64,000 bases of DNA from Candidatus Limnocylindrales bacterium (GCA_035559535.1 DATMBG010000032.1:1-64000), one strand, 5' to 3'. Counted from the stretch's first letter, positions 19,804 to 29,954 are shown. Numbers and translations: made by a program. The notes: a model not told the origin generated them from the letters alone.

Positions 19804-20125
19804 GGCTCAGGTATTTATAAACTCTTCTGCCTCCCAGGAAAGAAATACCTTTCCAGGTCCGGAAGGAATCTGTCCTGACGGAAAACACTGCGAGCCGAAG
19901 CCTAAGGGAAGGGATAAACGATTGCTTTGCTTCTACCCCTAACCAAACAGATTGTTTTGTTTCGCACCTACCATTGCCTCCAATGCCAGACTCGGTATTA
20001 TTTTTAATTTGAAAAGGTATACCTTTTAAAGGGGTATCCGTCAAGCACTTTTTACTTGACACCTGTCGGCTTATTGCCATAGTCTTCGAACATAAGAGCA
20101 TTTATTGAAAATGGAGAGATAAGTT

Positions 20126-21037
20126 GTGATTACGGTAAAAACAAAGCGAACCGACTTAATGGCTCTAAAAGCCATTCTAAAGACCATGCGTCCCAAGCAG
20201 TGGACGAAAAACCTCATCATCTTTGCAGGTCTCATTTTCTCTTTGAATTTATTTAAGCCTCCTTTATTTGTAAAAACCTTTGCTGCTTTTGTGGTCTTCT
20301 GCCTTCTATCTGGAGCCGTTTATATTATCAATGATATAAAAGATCTGGAGAGGGATAAAAATCATCCCTTGAAATCTAAAAGGCCCCTCGCTTCGGGGGA
20401 ACTTACCATTTCTTCAGCCATTTTAGCCCTGATTCTTCTGATTCCGGGGTCTCTCCTGGTTTCTTTTATGCTTAACCCCGGTTTTGGCTATATTGCCGTA
20501 CTTTATTTAATTCTCTCAACTCTGTACTCATTTTATTTTAAACACACGGTTATTCTGGATGTATTGATTAATTCCATGGGATTTGTTTTAAGGGCGGTCG
20601 CAGGAGCAGTAGTCATTCAGGTGGTAATCTCTCCCTGGCTTTTTATCTGTACCATCCTTCTGGCCCTTTTCCTGGGTCTTGGAAAGCGAAGGCACGAGTT
20701 AGTCCTTTTAGGAGACGGAGCCCTGAATCATCGAAAGATTCTAGAAGAATACAGCCCGGAGCTTTTAGATCAAATGATCGCCGTGGTAACGGCTTCAACG
20801 GTGATGGCCTACTCCCTATATACCATGGCCCCCGAGACCAAAGAAAAATTGCATACCCCGTATATGAATCTGACGATCCCCTTCGTACTTTACGGGATCT
20901 TTCGCTATCTTTACCTGATTCATAAACGAGAGGAGGGAGGAGATCCTTCCTTAGTTTTGTTGACAGATAAGCCGATGCTCATTGATGTGATCTTATGGAT
21001 GCTAACCACGGTAATTTTGATTTACTATGTCCATTGA
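20126..21037 (+). CDS. UbiA-family polyprenyl-phosphate phosphoribosyltransferase (DPPR synthase-like)
   Basis: RPKQWTKN, YIINDIKDLERDKNHPLKSKRPLASG, KRRHEL, YGIFRY. Confidence 0.9.
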   Translation: MITVKTKRTDLMALKAILKTMRPKQWTKNLIIFAGLIFSLNLFKPPLFVKTFAAFVVFCLLSGAVYIINDIKDLERDKNHPLKSKRPLASGELTISSAILALILLIPGSLLVSFMLNPGFGYIAVLYLILSTLYSFYFKHTVILDVLINSMGFVLRAVAGAVVIQVVISPWLFICTILLALFLGLGKRRHELVLLGDGALNHRKILEEYSPELLDQMIAVVTASTVMAYSLYTMAPETKEKLHTPYMNLTIPFVLYGIFRYLYLIHKREEGGDPSLVLLTDKPMLIDVILWMLTTVILIYYVH

Positions 21038-21164
21038 TCGGCAGAACCCTCCGCTGTTTCGTGAAAGAACGAATCAGCCCTTTGGAAGAGGAGGTTAGGG
21101 GTATAGGCGTCAGGATAAGAGTGAGGTCCATGAGGAAGGCCCCCTTAATGTCAAACGAGACGTT

Positions 21165-21290
21165 TAACCTACTCGCCTTCCCTCGCTTTGCAGGGGAAGG
21201 AACTTTGAAGCGAAGTTTCCTCCCCTGTGAAACGGGGAAGGGACAGGGCGGAGGCGCCTTAACCTGGCGCGTATGGGGGCCGGGGGGTGT
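21165..21290. repeat. Cluster of GC-rich REP-like hairpins
   Basis: ccttccctcgctttgcaggggaagg; cctcccctgtgaaacggggaaggg. Confidence 0.6.
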
Positions 21291-21330
21291 CACTTAAAAG
21301 TCAAGCAAAACTAAGTAAACAACGTACTAA

Positions 21331-21458
21331 TACACTGTTTACTTAGTTTTGGCTTAACTTTTAAGTGGCCCTTACCCCAGGTCCCTCTTCCACGCTGCGG
21401 GAGAGGGGGTTGGGGAGTGAAAGCAGCCCTATAAGGCCAAAACTAAGTAAACAACGTA
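21331..21458. mobile_element. MITE (128 bp) with about 23-bp imperfect TIRs, abutting the right end of a related element
   Basis: TACACTGTTTACTTAGTTTTGGC...GCCAAAACTAAGTAAACAACGTA, flanked by CTAA and CTGA; a second right end finishes at 21326. Confidence 0.7.
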
Positions 21459-21467
21459 CTGATTATT

Positions 21468-21944
21468 ATGGAGACCTTTTCGATTAACACAGAAGAGATA
21501 GATGTTGCAAAGATCATGAAGCAAATCCAGGAGCGGGTCTTGGAGAAAAAAAAGGCCGGAATTTATACCGATGAAGAGATCCGGGAAGTGAGCGAACTGA
21601 AAAACCAAATTTCGCCCCAGAAAGAAGGATCCTATGGAGAGCTGGCCTTGCATTTGCGACGTTTGCATCATAACTGGGATATAGCCAATAGTGCGGCCTT
21701 AATCACCTCCCACCGCAAGATTCTGGGACCTTTTATCGTTGCTTTAAAAAAAATAGGATTTCGTATCTTTCGATTTATTGCCCATCCCTTTGTTATCCGA
21801 CAAACCGAATTTAATGCCGCCTCCGTTCGATTTGCTTCGGTCCTGATGGATGAACTTTCTCGACTAGTACAGGAAAATAAAGAACTCAAAGAAAAGCAGG
21901 AAAAACTCTTGCAGGAGATGGAGGAGCTGAAACGTAAGATTTAA
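21468..21944 (+). CDS. Hypothetical protein with a C-terminal coiled coil, first gene of a glycosyltransferase cluster
   Basis: IDVAKIMKQIQERV...ITSHRKILGPFIV...RQTEFN, a pattern I associate with polysaccharide loci. Confidence 0.7.
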   Translation: METFSINTEEIDVAKIMKQIQERVLEKKKAGIYTDEEIREVSELKNQISPQKEGSYGELALHLRRLHHNWDIANSAALITSHRKILGPFIVALKKIGFRIFRFIAHPFVIRQTEFNAASVRFASVLMDELSRLVQENKELKEKQEKLLQEMEELKRKI

Positions 21945-22026
21945 GCTATCAGAATCCAGAGGACTTGAGGGCCTTATATAAAAATTTTTAATAACCCCGG
22001 ATTCTCTGGGTTCCGGTGGCTTCTCT

Positions 22027-23220
22027 ATGAAAATCGCCTTTGTTGTCCAAAGATACGGCCTGGAGGTGCAGGGGGGCTCTGAAAGTCTTTGTCGTTCCAT
22101 CGCAGAACGGATGAAAAAGTACTTCCAGGTAGAGGTCTTGACAACTTGTGCAGTGGATTACCTGACCTGGAAGGATTATTATCCATTGGGTCCGGTGGAG
22201 ATTAACGGGGTCCTCGTCCGCAGGTTCTCAACCCATCTACCCCGAGATATGAACCGATTCAATACGTTTGTTCGAAAACGTATTGCAAACCAAAAACCTT
22301 CTCTGCCGGATCAGATAGAATGGATGTGGCTTCAGGGGCCGCTTACCTTTGATTTAATAAGATATCTTAAAGAATTCCGAGAGGAATATGATTTATTTAT
22401 CTTCTTTACTTACAGTTACTTTACCACTTACCTGGGAATTCAAATCGTTCCGGATAAAAGCCTCTTAGTTCCAACCGCCCATGACGAACCTCACCTTTAT
22501 CTTGACATTTTTAAACCGATTTTTCATCTCCCCAGGGCTATCATTTACAATACAGAAGAGGAAAAACGTTTAGTCCAGCGGGTATTCGGTAATACCCATA
22601 TTCCCAGTGAAGTCGTGGGAAGTGGGGTTTCTGAACTGGAAGATTCCGGCGTTGAGAGTTTCGAGAGTCCCTCCATAACGGGTCCTTATATTCTCTACAT
22701 AGGAAGGATTGATGTCATGAAAGGCTGCAAAGAGCTTCTGGATTATTTTATCCGCTATGTGGAGGATACCGGCAGAGACATAAAACTGGTTTTGGTGGGA
22801 AATAATTTCATGCCAATTCCAAAACACCCTCAAATCTCCCATGTGGGGTATGTGGGGCAAAGGGCAAAATATAAGCTTATGGAACAGGCCAGGGTTTTAG
22901 TTAACCCTTCTGAGTACGAAAGTCTGTCTTTGAGTGTATTGGAATCCTGGTCCGTTGGAACACCGGTATTGGTTAATGGTTGCTCGGAGGTTCTGGTAGG
23001 CCATTGTTTACGAAGCCAGGGAGGACTCTATTATACCAACTACGGAGAATTCAGCCTTTGCCTGGATCTGCTCCTCTCTCAACCCGAACTTCGAGTAAAA
23101 ATGGGTGAATACGGGCGTCAGTATGTACGCACCAACTATGCCTGGGATACGGTTGAAGAAAAATATCTTAAGTTGATTACGGCTGTTAAAAGCCAGGGGG
23201 TAGGAGATCCTGGGCTGTGA
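22027..23220 (+). CDS. Glycosyltransferase family 4
   Basis: VVQRYG..GGSE; YIGRID; PSEYESLSLSVLES (EX7E). Confidence 0.92.
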   Translation: MKIAFVVQRYGLEVQGGSESLCRSIAERMKKYFQVEVLTTCAVDYLTWKDYYPLGPVEINGVLVRRFSTHLPRDMNRFNTFVRKRIANQKPSLPDQIEWMWLQGPLTFDLIRYLKEFREEYDLFIFFTYSYFTTYLGIQIVPDKSLLVPTAHDEPHLYLDIFKPIFHLPRAIIYNTEEEKRLVQRVFGNTHIPSEVVGSGVSELEDSGVESFESPSITGPYILYIGRIDVMKGCKELLDYFIRYVEDTGRDIKLVLVGNNFMPIPKHPQISHVGYVGQRAKYKLMEQARVLVNPSEYESLSLSVLESWSVGTPVLVNGCSEVLVGHCLRSQGGLYYTNYGEFSLCLDLLLSQPELRVKMGEYGRQYVRTNYAWDTVEEKYLKLITAVKSQGVGDPGL

Positions 23221-23328
23221 AAGCTTTCAAGAACAAAAACTATTGCCTTTAAAAATAAGAATAAGAACTTCTCGGACGAGAAGCTTTCTGGCCTACTCTC
23301 TACTGCCCATGGATCAGTGACTGCGGTA

Positions 23329-24393
23329 ATGAGACAGATTCATCAAATCCTTCCTTGTCTAACTTCTGGAGATGCCATCGGGAATCATACCTTGGAAATT
23401 CAAGAGATTCTTCGTAGGTGGGGATACCCTTCTCACATCTTTGCCGATGATATCCACCAAGAGATGCGCCCATTTGCGAAACCTTACCTTCAATACAAGA
23501 AGTATAGCTCGCCGGATAACCTGTTGATTTATCATTTCTCAGTAGGATCTCCTATCTCAAAACTGGTCCGGACATTACCCGATAAAAAGATCCTGATCTA
23601 TCATAACATTACGCCTCCGGAATTTTTGAGGGGATTTGAAGATTTCACCTACGAAGTTCTTAAAAGAGGCCGGGATGAACTGAGAGATTATCGAGAGGTC
23701 TGTCAACTGGCTTTAGGAGACTCCGAGTTTAACCGATTAGAGCTGGAGGAAATGGGTTTTAAATCAACCGGAGTTTTACCGATTATCATAGATTTTGACA
23801 AATACAAGACCCCTCCCCGGCTATCCATCGTGGAAAAGTATCGGGATGATTATGTTAACCTGCTGTTTGTAGGTCGGATCATACCCAACAAAAGACAGGA
23901 GGATGTTCTCCTGTCTTTTTATTTTTATAAAAAATATATCAATCCCAAATCCCGGCTCTTCCTGGTAGGGCTCAACGGGATTGAGAGATATGACTTCATG
24001 CTGGAAGAGTTGATAAGAAGGCTAAAACTGGACGATGTTTATTTCACCGGGAAGGTTCCGTTTGAAGAGCTGCTGGCTTATTATCACATCGCCCATGTAT
24101 TTCTTTGCCTGAGTGAACACGAGGGATTTTGTGTTCCCCTGGTCGAGTCCATGTATTTTAAAATTCCCATAATCGCCTACAATGCGGGAAGTATCCCCTA
24201 TACCCTGGGCAATTCAGGTATCCTGGTTCATTCCAAAAAATACGAAGAAATTGCCGAAATGATCCATCTCCTGGTGGAGGATTCCGATTTCAGGAGAAAA
24301 GTAATCGAATCCCAGACGCAACGACTGGCCTTCTTCCATAAATCCAGACTCGAAGAGATCCTCAGAAAGTATATCCGGCAGGTAGTGGGTTGA
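23329..24393 (+). CDS. Glycosyltransferase family 4
   Basis: GDAIGN, YHNITP, FVGRIIPNK, SEHEGFCVPLVES. Confidence 0.92.
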   Translation: MRQIHQILPCLTSGDAIGNHTLEIQEILRRWGYPSHIFADDIHQEMRPFAKPYLQYKKYSSPDNLLIYHFSVGSPISKLVRTLPDKKILIYHNITPPEFLRGFEDFTYEVLKRGRDELRDYREVCQLALGDSEFNRLELEEMGFKSTGVLPIIIDFDKYKTPPRLSIVEKYRDDYVNLLFVGRIIPNKRQEDVLLSFYFYKKYINPKSRLFLVGLNGIERYDFMLEELIRRLKLDDVYFTGKVPFEELLAYYHIAHVFLCLSEHEGFCVPLVESMYFKIPIIAYNAGSIPYTLGNSGILVHSKKYEEIAEMIHLLVEDSDFRRKVIESQTQRLAFFHKSRLEEILRKYIRQVVG

Positions 24394-24462
24394 AAGACGC
24401 AAGGGATTGGTTTTCTCTCTTTGCGTCCTAAAAATCCCCACGTTCTGTATTCCGGGGTTAGC

Positions 24463-25539
24463 ATGATTATCCAACTTCTCCCGTCTGTCCATAGTGGTGA
24501 TGCTGTAGGAGATAGCGCCTTTGAGATAAGTAAGGCACTTTCGGAGATAGGAATTGAAAATCATATCCTGGGGATTCATATTGACGACCCCCTTCGGGAT
24601 AAGGTAATAGATTTTAAGGAGTTTAAGACTTACGATACGCCTGATACCGTCCACATCTACCATTTTGCAGTCCCTTCTCCCATTACCTATGTCTTCCAGG
24701 AAGCTCAAGGGAAGAAAATCCTTATCTATCACAACATTACCCCTCCCCACTTTTTTGAAGGCTACTATCCGGAACTGGTGCAGATGACCGTAACCGGTCG
24801 TCACGAGATCAAGCTTCTTGCGGACTGTACAGATCTGGCCCTGGGAGATTCGGAATTTAATCGTAGGGAACTGGAAGCCTACGGATTTAAAAAGACCGGA
24901 GTACTCCCTTTACTCATTGATTTCGATAAATATAAAGTTCCACCTGATTCCACTATTTTGAAAAAGTTCGGCTCTAAAACGGTGGGTACAGAGAAAACCA
25001 TTAATCTTCTCTTTGTTGGACGGGTCTCGCCCAACAAAAAACACGAAGACCTTATCAAAACTTTCTACTTTTACCAGAAATACATTTATCCCTCCTCGCG
25101 ACTGCTGTTGGTCGGTAAATATAAAGGCATGGAAAAGTACCTTCAATTTTTACAAGGCCTGGTGAAAAAACTTCAACTATCTGAAGTTCACTTTGTCGGA
25201 CATGTCTCTTTAGAAGAGTTGATAGCTTTTTATAAAGTATCCCACGTGTTTTTATGCCTGAGCGAACATGAAGGATTTTGCGTTCCTCTGCTGGAAAGTA
25301 TGGTTTTCGATCTTCCCATTTTAGCTTACCGCTCCACGGCAGTCCCCTTCACCCTCGGATCTTCTGGAGTCCTTATCAACGAAAAGCGTTATGAAGAAAT
25401 AGCCGAGATGATCCATCTGCTCATAACCGACCCGGCTTTACGGGAAGCCATTATTCAGGCCCAAAGAAAACGATTGATGTTTTTTTCAAGGGAACGGGTA
25501 AAGGGGATACTCCTTAACTACCTCAAAACCGTGATTTAA
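24463..25539 (+). CDS. Glycosyltransferase family 4 (paralogue of the upstream gene)
   Basis: GDAVG, YHNITP, FVGRVSPNK, SEHEGFCVPLLES. Confidence 0.92.
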   Translation: MIIQLLPSVHSGDAVGDSAFEISKALSEIGIENHILGIHIDDPLRDKVIDFKEFKTYDTPDTVHIYHFAVPSPITYVFQEAQGKKILIYHNITPPHFFEGYYPELVQMTVTGRHEIKLLADCTDLALGDSEFNRRELEAYGFKKTGVLPLLIDFDKYKVPPDSTILKKFGSKTVGTEKTINLLFVGRVSPNKKHEDLIKTFYFYQKYIYPSSRLLLVGKYKGMEKYLQFLQGLVKKLQLSEVHFVGHVSLEELIAFYKVSHVFLCLSEHEGFCVPLLESMVFDLPILAYRSTAVPFTLGSSGVLINEKRYEEIAEMIHLLITDPALREAIIQAQRKRLMFFSRERVKGILLNYLKTVI

Positions 25540-25631
25540 CATCAACTTTACGCTAAATCAACTGTATAGCCGGCTTCAGGGGAACCGGGTTGGGTTTTAG
25601 AGAATATTTCAATCTAACCGGGTATTATATC

Positions 25632-25659
25632 TTGACTCTGTCGGCAGGTAGGATATAAT
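25632..25659 (+). promoter_or_regulatory. Putative sigma70 promoter
   Basis: TTGACT-N16-TATAAT, 33 bp upstream of the ATG at 25693. Confidence 0.65.
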
Positions 25660-25692
25660 TAGGTTAAATCCTCTAGAAAGGAACGGACAGAG

Positions 25693-27348
25693 ATGTTAAA
25701 GAAATTTCTTATTACTTTAATTTGTCTGATAATTGCAGGCTTTCTGATCATTAATAAATTTTACCCGGAGTTGATTCAGAATCTTGATAAGACTAAGGGG
25801 ACTTCTGAGGAGAAAGCGTCTGGTTCCTTGGAGCAGGGGAAGATCGTGGCCAGCAAAGAACTTCCCCGTCTGGGTCCTCCTGGGGATTATAAACCCCAGG
25901 GAGATACGGTCGATGTAGAGCTTAGTGTCTGGCCGGGCTATGCTCCTTTGATCGTAGCCAATGGAGGACTTAATCCTAATCCAGATTCCTATTTCTTCAG
26001 AAAGTACGGATTCAAGCTCAAGATCGCAATCAGCGAAGCTGAAGCCGAGGCCTGGCAGGCAATTAATAGTGGGAAAAATGCCATCAGTGCCACCACAGTG
26101 GATGTATTAGCCCTGTACGCGAACCAGTTAAAGGTAGAGGTTCCGATACAATTGGACTTTTCCCGGGGAGGGGATGGGATCCTGACCCGGAAGGAAATCA
26201 ACAGTATCAATCAGCTCAAAGGGAAAGTCCTCACGGTAGCCCAATTTACAGAGTCAGACTTTTTCATTCGATTTTTAGCCCAAGAAGCCGGATTACAGGT
26301 TAAACCTCTGAAAGGATTGAAAGACCCCATAGACCCGGAACGGGTTAATCTGCTCTTCACAGAAACGGCCTTTGATGCAGCCGATGCCTTTGTAGAAAGT
26401 GTGGAGAAGGGAGATCAAATGATTAGTGGAGCGGTAACCTGGTCCCCGAAAACCATCGAAGTCCCCAAGGCCTATCCGGATAAGATCAAGCTATTGACCT
26501 CGAATCGGAACCTGTTGGTTGTTGCAGATATTTTGATTGTAAATGCCGGATTTGCCCGACAGAATCCGAAGATTATGAAGGGACTGGTGGAAGGAATCTT
26601 GATGGGCGTGGAGATGATTCGTAAAGATCCAGAAAATACTTTACCGGTTGTTGCCAAGGCTTTTAATATGAGTCTGGAAGAACTACGGGAATCCCTACAA
26701 GACGTTCATTTATCGAATCATGCCGAGAACCTATTATTTTTCTCTTCAGAGCCCGGGCAAATCGGAAGTTTTAATGAGTTATATTATTCGGCGGTATACG
26801 CCTATGGGAAAGAAGTGATTAAGGATGTTGTGGCACCGGAGAAGTTAGTCAATAAAACTTATCTGGAAGAGCTTGCCCGGGAAGGGCTTTTCCAGGGACA
26901 AACCGTTGAACTGGCTCCGATTAAAAGTACGGAGAAAGCCGAGGCCCTGGAGAGGAATCCCTTGTTGACCAAGCAAATTCGGTTTTACTTTGATCCCAAC
27001 ACGAGTAGCCTGGACCTGACGAATCCCACAAACCAACAGACATTAAAAGATCTTGCAACCCTGCTTAAAATCTCGCCGGGATCTTATTTACTCTTGAGAG
27101 GACATCTGGATAACACCAAGGTCGAAGAGTTTAAACAGAAAGGAGAGGCCTTTTATCGTAAGCAAGCGGTACGGGCTGTTGAAATGTCCAAGCAACGCGC
27201 CGAATCTGTAAAAGCCACTTTGGTTAAAAACTATCCCATAGACCCGAAGCGAATTGACACGGAAGGGCGGGGTTGGGATGAGCCATTACCCGGTGCACAG
27301 CCAGAAGAAAATCGTCGGGTGGAAGTCCAGTTATTTACCCTGGAATAA
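25693..27348 (+). CDS. NMT1/SsuA-like solute-binding domain fused to an OmpA-like peptidoglycan-binding domain
   Basis: N-terminal TM; WPGYAP, DFSRGGDGI, AVTWSP; C-terminal RGHLD, SKQRAESV, NRRVEV. Confidence 0.85.
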   Translation: MLKKFLITLICLIIAGFLIINKFYPELIQNLDKTKGTSEEKASGSLEQGKIVASKELPRLGPPGDYKPQGDTVDVELSVWPGYAPLIVANGGLNPNPDSYFFRKYGFKLKIAISEAEAEAWQAINSGKNAISATTVDVLALYANQLKVEVPIQLDFSRGGDGILTRKEINSINQLKGKVLTVAQFTESDFFIRFLAQEAGLQVKPLKGLKDPIDPERVNLLFTETAFDAADAFVESVEKGDQMISGAVTWSPKTIEVPKAYPDKIKLLTSNRNLLVVADILIVNAGFARQNPKIMKGLVEGILMGVEMIRKDPENTLPVVAKAFNMSLEELRESLQDVHLSNHAENLLFFSSEPGQIGSFNELYYSAVYAYGKEVIKDVVAPEKLVNKTYLEELAREGLFQGQTVELAPIKSTEKAEALERNPLLTKQIRFYFDPNTSSLDLTNPTNQQTLKDLATLLKISPGSYLLLRGHLDNTKVEEFKQKGEAFYRKQAVRAVEMSKQRAESVKATLVKNYPIDPKRIDTEGRGWDEPLPGAQPEENRRVEVQLFTLE

Positions 27349-27368
27349 GGGGTTAGAGAAGAAATTTT

Positions 27369-28169
27369 ATGTCGCCGGTCCTCAAAGATCTCAAAGAAAA
27401 ATATTCTATCTTACTCAAGGATCCCTACTTTTGGATGATCCGGGGGGTGATCGGTCTGGCCGGGGCTCTTTATACACCCTGGGCTTTTGCCATTCTTCCT
27501 ATTGGAGAGGTTTTAGGATTAACCTGGTTCGATCAACTCTTTAAAGATAAGCTGGAACGGCAAAGGATAACGGCTCTGGAGAAAGAAAAGGAAAATCTCT
27601 TAAAGCTGCTTCCGGATAAGGATAAAGCCCGGTACATGCGGGTAGTCGCCTATATTGAGCAGGTAAAAAAACAATTAACCGACCCAGAATATCAGGAGCA
27701 GATTAATTTTGATGAGCTTTCCCTGGATTTTATTAAGAGACTGGTTCTTTTAAGAAAGGTTGAAGAGGCCGCCCGTTACATGTCCGAGGAAGCCATCACC
27801 GATGAAATCAGCAGGCTGGAAGAAATGCTTAAACAGGAAACCAACACCCGGGTTCGTACCGCTTTATCTGAGCGTTTAACCCTGCAGCAGCAACGTCTGG
27901 AACTTAAAAAAAAGGTGAATTCGAAGATACGAGAAATGGAAGCGCAGCTTGGTTTGATCGAAGATCAGATTCTTCACCTGAGGGATCTGGCCATCTCCTC
28001 ACGGATTCAAGATAAGGCAAGCCAGGAGGCTGTTTCGAGTTTACTCGGGTCCGATGTGAGCGATAAAATTGCAGATTTGAGTCAACAACTCCGGATCTCA
28101 TCAGAAATTGCCGAAGAGATGCAGGCGATGTTGGAAGACCCCTCCCATCGACCGCTTATGGAAAAATAA
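27369..28169 (+). CDS. Membrane-anchored coiled-coil hypothetical protein
   Basis: N-terminal hydrophobic segment(s) followed by long E/K/L/Q-rich heptads. Confidence 0.75.
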   Translation: MSPVLKDLKEKYSILLKDPYFWMIRGVIGLAGALYTPWAFAILPIGEVLGLTWFDQLFKDKLERQRITALEKEKENLLKLLPDKDKARYMRVVAYIEQVKKQLTDPEYQEQINFDELSLDFIKRLVLLRKVEEAARYMSEEAITDEISRLEEMLKQETNTRVRTALSERLTLQQQRLELKKKVNSKIREMEAQLGLIEDQILHLRDLAISSRIQDKASQEAVSSLLGSDVSDKIADLSQQLRISSEIAEEMQAMLEDPSHRPLMEK

Positions 28170-28174
28170 AATCT

Positions 28175-28990
28175 GTGAAAACCCTACGATTTCAACAACT
28201 TGGGCTCATAATGCTCCTTTTGTGGGGATACACAGGGCTCCTGACGGGATGTGAACAAAATCCTTCCCCTAAAAAACCCCCAGAAACCCCAACTCCTAAA
28301 TCCAATGAATCCAAAGTTCAAGCCATTGGACCTACCCCAACACCCTATCAGATTGATCTGTCTGAGGTTCCTCTACCGACTTCCGAAACCCTTCAGAGGG
28401 ATACACTGGGTTTGTTTTTCTGTCTGGATATTTCTGGAAGTATGGGAGGGTGGATAGGGAACAAAAAGAAAATCGATATCTCTAAAGAGGCCATGCGGAA
28501 GGTTTTTACCCAAATAGCCTCCTATGTCCAATCCCATCCAGAAAAGAAAGTCGAGGTGGGACTTTGTTCCTTTGATCACCGTGTGAATCTCTTACAACCC
28601 CTGGAGACCTTCGACCAAGACAAACTGGAAAGGATGATCCAACCCTTACAACCCTCGGGTAACACTGCTATCGGGGATGCCATCCTCCTGGCATTTAAAG
28701 AGATCCTCAAATCGGGAGTTGAAACCAAGGCAATTCTGGTAATGACCGATGGAGAAAATAATCGAGGGATTTCTCCGGAACTGGCCGTTGATGCCATCAA
28801 ACAGGATCGAAACAATCGACAGGTTCTAACGGCAGATGTTGATGTGTTCCTCATCGCCTTCGATGTCAATGCCAGCGTGTTTGAAGGCGTTAAAAAGGCC
28901 GGTGCCATTGTCGTAGAGTCCAGAGACCAGAAATCTCTGGAAGGGGTTTTAAGCTCCATTGTGGAACAGGTTTTGCTGGAAGCTAAGTAA
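28175..28990 (+). CDS. vWA-domain lipoprotein
   Basis: Lipobox LLTGC; Pro-rich linker; MIDAS DISGS...GNT...MTDGENN. Confidence 0.88.
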   Translation: MKTLRFQQLGLIMLLLWGYTGLLTGCEQNPSPKKPPETPTPKSNESKVQAIGPTPTPYQIDLSEVPLPTSETLQRDTLGLFFCLDISGSMGGWIGNKKKIDISKEAMRKVFTQIASYVQSHPEKKVEVGLCSFDHRVNLLQPLETFDQDKLERMIQPLQPSGNTAIGDAILLAFKEILKSGVETKAILVMTDGENNRGISPELAVDAIKQDRNNRQVLTADVDVFLIAFDVNASVFEGVKKAGAIVVESRDQKSLEGVLSSIVEQVLLEAK

Positions 28991-29066
28991 CGCCGGATGG
29001 TTTCCAAAGGGTCTTGACGGTTCCAGATTGGGAAGGATACTTTGAGGAGGTCTAAGCAAGGGAGAT

Positions 29067-29954
29067 TTACCTTTTCTGAAGCAGAACGATATCCTGATGC
29101 GCGTTCAATCCCCCCGGAATGTAATCCAATATCTCGAAATACGCAGAATACTGATCAAGAATATATTTTTGCGTGTGATAAGCCGTTTGATACCAGTCTG
29201 GGAATATACCCTTCCAACTATTTAAGGCTTTAAAGACAAAACCGGCTTTTTCTATTTTGTTCACCTCCTCCCAGGGAAGATTCTTCCAAAAATGATAACC
29301 GTGAACGGTTAAAAGGAGGATACCTTCAAACTTGATTACCCGACGGAGTTCCTGTAACCAGCGAAACTGATAATCTTCATTGAGATGGGTAAAGACGGAT
29401 ATGGCATAAACCAAATCAAATTTCTCCGAAGCATACTCCAGAGGTGGTAGGGGATGGTTAAGGCTAAAGCTGGCAAAATGAAGGTTATGGTGGCACCAGG
29501 CGATGGCTTCTCGATCGATATCCGTTCCATAGAAATGGGTAGATAAGGAACGATCTGCAAACCAGAGGAGGATACGACCACAACCACAGCCAAAATCCAG
29601 AATATGTTGAAAGGAACTCAAATTTTTACCTATCCTCAACAGAGCGGCCTCAATATCCTGACTACACCGTTTACCTACTTCTAAGAAACTTTTAATATAG
29701 GGATCCCCATGCACGCGATATCGTAAAGATGCCGGCGGGATAGGAGCAAATCCAGCCTGCCCGCCTGTCAGGTAGACCGATCGAAGATATCTTTGATCCC
29801 ACAAACCCATATATCGGCAAAGCAGTTTCATATAGCACCTTCGGTAAAGGAAGGTAACAATCGGCAGAGCTTTAGCAGGTAAGTAAGGTTTGAGGATATT
29901 CCAGGTACCTTTAAGGCTGAACATTTTTTCCTTTGTTTTAAGGTAAAGGTTCAT
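29067..29954 (-). CDS. Class I SAM-dependent methyltransferase
   Basis: ILDFGCGCGR, GTDID, FDLVYAISVFTHL. Confidence 0.9.
   Translation of the reverse strand: MNLYLKTKEKMFSLKGTWNILKPYLPAKALPIVTFLYRRCYMKLLCRYMGLWDQRYLRSVYLTGGQAGFAPIPPASLRYRVHGDPYIKSFLEVGKRCSQDIEAALLRIGKNLSSFQHILDFGCGCGRILLWFADRSLSTHFYGTDIDREAIAWCHHNLHFASFSLNHPLPPLEYASEKFDLVYAISVFTHLNEDYQFRWLQELRRVIKFEGILLLTVHGYHFWKNLPWEEVNKIEKAGFVFKALNSWKGIFPDWYQTAYHTQKYILDQYSAYFEILDYIPGGLNAHQDIVLLQKR

Noticed and set aside
19793-20101. 102-aa ORF upstream of the GT-C gene
   Set aside because: It occupies the divergent promoter region and has no family features
20979-21297. Opposing ~100-aa ORFs
   Set aside because: They span GC-rich hairpin repeats and are probably spurious
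21291-21460. CRISPR array
   Set aside because: Only two direct copies plus one inverted copy, irregular spacing and no cas genes; better explained as MITE ends
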